Assembly: GCA_025453395.1 (NCBI GenBank)
Contig: JALOQK010000002.1
Coordinates: 474,509 to 538,508 of the forward strand
DNA: 64,000 nt
Reading direction: 5' to 3'
DNA from: Candidatus Omnitrophota bacterium
GTDB lineage: Bacteria; Omnitrophota; Gorgyraeia; Gygaellales; Profunditerraquicolaceae
Shown here: one piece after another, positions 60,191 to 64,000 of the stretch
How positions within the stretch are numbered: position 1 is the stretch's first letter
How the letters are laid out: each line of letters starts with the position of its first letter
Notes under the pieces: model-generated
Seen by the model: only the letters and a program-made list of their open reading frames with translations
What the model was told of the DNA's origin: nothing
The model's database searches: none
Program-made: the position numbers and the translations under genes

Positions 60191-60934
60191 TTAAACCCTC
60201 TCCTCGATATGCTGTTTTTCTGCTAAAACTATCTCATTAATTTTAGAGGCAAGGCTGCCATCCAATGTCAAAGTGCCGAACCTCAAGATAGCCCCTGCCA
60301 ATACCGAATTATCTATTGTCTCATTCAACGAGAGACCCTTTTTAAGCTTAACGGATAAAAGCTCGCCTATTTTAGAGCGTTGTTTATCATCCAAGGGCAT
60401 AGCGCAAACAACATCCACGGAATTGACCCCTGAATCAATAGTCCCAAAATTAGCGTTCTCCAGCTCTTTTAAGAATTCATCCCACAGGATATTATTGATT
60501 TGGGTTACCGCGGTTTTGCTTAAGATGCGCGAAATCATCGAGCCGCAACGCTCCACCATTTTAGTTTCTGTCTCTTTGCGAATATCATCATGTATCTTAT
60601 TTATTGTCTTTTGGGCCTTAGTAATGATATCTTCACTTTCAACCTTGGCACGCTTAAAAGCGCTTTCCTTGATCTCATAGGCCTCTTGAGTGGCCTTATC
60701 TTTTATTTCACTGGCTACATTTTCCGCCTCTTGCTTTTTCCTATTATATTCGTCCTCTATTTCTTTAATCCTCTGCGCTATTTCATCCTTCTTCTTTTTG
60801 ACATCTTCATAAGAAGTCTCAAGCCTATTTACGGAACTTTCCGTATCCTTGGTCAAGACTAATTTTAGAAAAAATATAACTACGCCAAAAATAATGGTCT
60901 GAACAACAATAAGTTTAATTAGAAAATCCCCCAT
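60191..60934 (-). CDS. F-type ATPase b-delta fusion-like peripheral stalk protein
   Basis: N-terminal TM, long charged coiled coil, C-terminal delta-like A.PL...D.SVLAG..L..G...LDGSL. Confidence 0.75.
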   Translation of the reverse strand: MGDFLIKLIVVQTIIFGVVIFFLKLVLTKDTESSVNRLETSYEDVKKKKDEIAQRIKEIEDEYNRKKQEAENVASEIKDKATQEAYEIKESAFKRAKVESEDIITKAQKTINKIHDDIRKETETKMVERCGSMISRILSKTAVTQINNILWDEFLKELENANFGTIDSGVNSVDVVCAMPLDDKQRSKIGELLSVKLKKGLSLNETIDNSVLAGAILRFGTLTLDGSLASKINEIVLAEKQHIEERV

Positions 60935-60943
60935 AAATTCTCC

Positions 60944-61159
60944 TTATTTAGCTCCAAAAAGCTGAAAAATAACTAACAGTCCTAAAATAGCCAACACCTC
61001 TACAAAAACAAGTATGATTATTGTACCCATTAATATTTTTGATGCCGACGATGGATTTCTCCCCAGCGCCTTTATGGTAGAATAACCTATAGCGGCAATA
61101 ACCGCTGAAGGCCCTAAAATTACAACCCCGACTATTAAAAGCACAATAACTGTATTCAT
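60944..61159 (-). CDS. atpE: F-type ATPase c subunit, divergent
   Basis: Two-TM hairpin, RNP loop, membrane Glu54 (FVEVLA). Confidence 0.8.
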   Translation of the reverse strand: MNTVIVLLIVGVVILGPSAVIAAIGYSTIKALGRNPSSASKILMGTIIILVFVEVLAILGLLVIFQLFGAK

Positions 61160-61405
61160 CTAATCTCCCACCTCAACTATGGCCACACAATCATTTCTTA
61201 AGAATTTAATTATCCCTCTGTTAATGCTTATCGCCTCTTGCCAATCTATGATAATATCCCCTTTGCCCAAAAGACTCATGATCGGGTAATGGCAAGATAA
61301 AAGCTCAAACTCTCCTTTTTCTCCTGGGACAAAAACAGTAGAAACATCTCCTTTATAGAGAATAGAATCGATATCCAGCACCGTAAAGAAAAATTTACCG
61401 ATCAT
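61160..61405 (-). CDS. atpC: F-type ATPase epsilon-like subunit (beta-sandwich only)
   Basis: VPGEKGEFELL..H.P+MS.L..G; 81 aa, no C-terminal helices. Confidence 0.75.
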   Translation of the reverse strand: MIGKFFFTVLDIDSILYKGDVSTVFVPGEKGEFELLSCHYPIMSLLGKGDIIIDWQEAISINRGIIKFLRNDCVAIVEVGD

Positions 61406-61406
61406 C

Positions 61407-62924
61407 CTATTTATTCGCTGAAATGGTAATTTCCTGAACAGCAGCTTCTTGTTCCTGCCCTTCAGCAGCTCTTTTTTCCATAAGCACTTTCAGGTAATCA
61501 TTGATCAGAAAAATCAACTCTTGCTCAATGCCTTCATCAAAATCCCTTTTAGCGCGCAGCTTTTGTAAAACTTCAGGATTCCGCTTAAACGCAAAATCAT
61601 ATATTTCTTCTTTAAATATAGCGATCTCTCCCATTTCCAGATCTTCCAATAAGCCTTTATTATGAGCTAAGAACATAAGCACTTCCCCTTCCATGGGTAC
61701 CGGCTTATCGCGGTCTTGTTTTAAAAGCTCATACAAAATCTTGCCCTTACCCAATTCCCTCTCTGTTTCTTCGCTCTGACCGGAAGCCTTAAGCCGTGAC
61801 AAACGCTGCAATTCTTCAAAACGCACATATTCAAGACGCAGGGTCTTACTTACCTTTTTTATCGCCGGCCATTGCACTTTGCTTCCGATACGGGAAACTG
61901 ATAAACCTATACCGACCGCTGGCTTAAAGGCATCATTAAAAAGCTGCGCGCTTAAATAAAGCTGTCCATCGGTCATAGATACTAAATTTGATGGCACATA
62001 ACCTGTTAAATCGCCTTCCAGAAGTTCAACAATAGGCAAAAATGTCATTGAGCCTCCGCCTTTTTCTTTATTTAATTTAGCCGCGCGCTCAATCATTCTG
62101 GAATGCAAATAAAATACATCTCCCGGATAAGATTCTCTTCCGGGGGGCCTGCCTAAAATAAGCGATATTTCTCGATATGCCCAGGCATGCTTGGTAAAAT
62201 CATCAAAGATTACCAGCACATCCCTGCCTTGATTCATAAAAAGCTCGCCTATGGAACTAGCCACGTATGGCGCCAGATACATCTGCCCCGGAGGCTGCCC
62301 CGCCATAGCAGCGACAATGATCCCGTAATCAAACATATCGAATTTCTTAAACAACTCCACAACCCTGCTCATGGCTGCTTTAGATTTACCAATTGAACAG
62401 TATATACAAATAACGTTCTTACCTTTTTGATTAATAATAATGTCAGTACAGAGAGTCGTCTTGCCGGTCATTTTATCTCCTAATATAAGCTCTCTCTGTC
62501 CTTTGCCAATGGGGATTATGGTATCTATTATTTTTATCCCCGTCTCAAGCGTTTCTTTGATAATTTCTCTCTCCAGGATAGACGGAGCTTCAGGAAAAAT
62601 AGGAAGATAAACTTCTGGAGGGATAACTCCCAAGCCATCCAAAGGCTCACCTAAAACATTAACCATGCGCCCCAGATATTTACTGCTTACGGGGACATTG
62701 AACGGCTCCAAGGTCATGGTTGCGGTATCTCCGGTTTTTATCGGCTCCTGCTCTTTAACAATAAGAACTTGCGTTTCATCCTCAGAAAAACCAATAATCA
62801 TGCCCAGCGTACCATAACCAAATCTAATCAACTGCCCATTAATACAATGTTCAAGGCCTTTAATGGTCACAATACAACCGCGGACCGCTTTAACCAAACC
62901 AAACTCTTTATACTGTAGGCTCAT
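61407..62924 (-). CDS. atpA: F-type ATPase alpha subunit, divergent and N-terminally short
   Basis: IGKGQRELI.GDKMTGKT, DDFTKHA.AYRE, RPPGRE.YPGDVFYLHSR, TDGQ, SVSRIG. Confidence 0.9.
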   Translation of the reverse strand: MSLQYKEFGLVKAVRGCIVTIKGLEHCINGQLIRFGYGTLGMIIGFSEDETQVLIVKEQEPIKTGDTATMTLEPFNVPVSSKYLGRMVNVLGEPLDGLGVIPPEVYLPIFPEAPSILEREIIKETLETGIKIIDTIIPIGKGQRELILGDKMTGKTTLCTDIIINQKGKNVICIYCSIGKSKAAMSRVVELFKKFDMFDYGIIVAAMAGQPPGQMYLAPYVASSIGELFMNQGRDVLVIFDDFTKHAWAYREISLILGRPPGRESYPGDVFYLHSRMIERAAKLNKEKGGGSMTFLPIVELLEGDLTGYVPSNLVSMTDGQLYLSAQLFNDAFKPAVGIGLSVSRIGSKVQWPAIKKVSKTLRLEYVRFEELQRLSRLKASGQSEETERELGKGKILYELLKQDRDKPVPMEGEVLMFLAHNKGLLEDLEMGEIAIFKEEIYDFAFKRNPEVLQKLRAKRDFDEGIEQELIFLINDYLKVLMEKRAAEGQEQEAAVQEITISANK

Positions 62925-62933
62925 ACTTTCAAG

Positions 62934-62962
62934 ATTATATCACAAATTTCCTATATGCTCAA
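62934..62962 (-). promoter_or_regulatory. Sigma70-type promoter with extended -10 upstream of atpA
   Basis: Minus strand TTGAGC (62962-62957), N17 ending TGA, TATAAT (62939-62934); the ATG follows 9 nt later. Confidence 0.7.
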
Positions 62963-62975
62963 TACCGCAAAACTT

Positions 62976-64000
62976 CTATTTAACTTCAGACTGCTGCTTA
63001 GGCTTGGTGATTTTATTATACTTAGCAGAACCTGTATCCGCCTTAAGCCTTCTATACCAAAAAAGCCCCACGAAGATGCTAAATATAATCAGGAATATAA
63101 TAACAATTAAAAAAACCTGCCAGACTTCTGCTTTGGGAATATTCTCCTTTTTCTTTATATCGGCAATCTTAAGCTGAGCCTGAGGGTCTTGCTCTTTTAA
63201 GACGCTAAAAAATTCCTGCGCGCGCACAATATCAGCAATTAACCCCTTCATCTTATCCAAGCTCTGCTTGATTTTCTTTTCGCGCTCGAGGTTGTCATTA
63301 TAAAGCGATATCTTATCCCTGATACCAGAAGCTGTTTTCTGAGTTTCTAGTATCTCCTGCGAGCTCTTAGTTATATCAGAAAGAAGCATATCCCCTAATT
63401 TATTATATTTGGTTTCTTTTAATATGCTCTTGAAATCATCCGCCTCGCGCGCATATTTATCCATTAATTCCGGGGAAAAACTCCACATATCCTTTATTTC
63501 CAATTCATATTTCTTGCGTTCTCCGGCTTTCAGCTTTTCTTTTTTACTTAAATAATACTGCCCTACCTTGTTATCATAGCCGATATCAAATCCGGGATTA
63601 GAAACCAGATATTCTGGCTGCACGCCTTTAGGCAGGTAACTTGTTACTGTTGTTTCCGCCTCTTCCTCTGCTGTATTAGTAGCCTCTACAACATAACGCA
63701 CGGTGCGCGCGTTTTCCATTCCAGAAGACTTAATTGCCAAATAATCCAAAGATAAAATATCATTCTCCAGTTGTGACAAGCGTTCCTTATTCGCGCGATA
63801 CAAACCGATCTTGCGCTCAATATCACCAGCGGCTTCGGTTTGCGACTTTGATATATCATCCAGCTTAAGATTAATATTATCGGCCAACATCTTAGCGGTA
63901 TCGTAACTTGATGAATTCTTCATCGTATTTAACTTCTCGCCAAGTTTATTTCTTAGGCTATCCACTTTGTCGCTAGGAATATCCCACTTGTCCTGTATGA
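62976..64000 (-). CDS. Partial (5'-truncated) repeat-containing protein with a C-terminal membrane anchor
   Basis: Frame stays open to the window end (IQDKWDIPSDKVD...). Internal repeat; TM VWQVFLIVIIFLIIFSIFVGLFWY then a basic tail. Confidence 0.7.
   Translation of the reverse strand, partial: IQDKWDIPSDKVDSLRNKLGEKLNTMKNSSSYDTAKMLADNINLKLDDISKSQTEAAGDIERKIGLYRANKERLSQLENDILSLDYLAIKSSGMENARTVRYVVEATNTAEEEAETTVTSYLPKGVQPEYLVSNPGFDIGYDNKVGQYYLSKKEKLKAGERKKYELEIKDMWSFSPELMDKYAREADDFKSILKETKYNKLGDMLLSDITKSSQEILETQKTASGIRDKISLYNDNLEREKKIKQSLDKMKGLIADIVRAQEFFSVLKEQDPQAQLKIADIKKKENIPKAEVWQVFLIVIIFLIIFSIFVGLFWYRRLKADTGSAKYNKITKPKQQSEVK

Overview
AT-rich, gene-dense bacterial window with three blocks. 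The gene repertoire suggests an uncultured lineage such as Omnitrophota, but that is only a guess. (1) 232-47368, minus strand: an apparently continuous run of 47 ORFs (~47 kb) for surface-glycan synthesis. It holds a CDP-3,6-dideoxyhexose route (rfbF, rfbG-like, rfbH), a transaldolase/SIS/GHMP-kinase/HddC-GmhB heptose-or-octose cassette, a NeuB-like synthase, two ThDP carboligase systems, ten radical SAM enzymes (four B12-binding in tandem), six GT2s, one GT9, several GT-C membrane transferases and an S41 protease whose catalytic Lys/Gln appear swapped. (2) 47515-50028, plus strand: an STT3/PglB/AglB oligosaccharyltransferase on a divergent promoter, with WWCPG in place of WWDxG. (3) 50033-62924, minus strand: a predicted single operon with a divergent F-type ATPase (alpha, epsilon, c, b-delta, gamma, beta; no subunit a) running straight into a T2SS/type IV pseudopilus set (GspE-PilZ, F, G, I, J, K, PilM-N fusion, PilO/GspM). 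Block 3 is the best candidate for an undescribed machine. No rRNA, tRNA, CRISPR or mobile element was recognised. All calls come from motif reading; no database searches were run.
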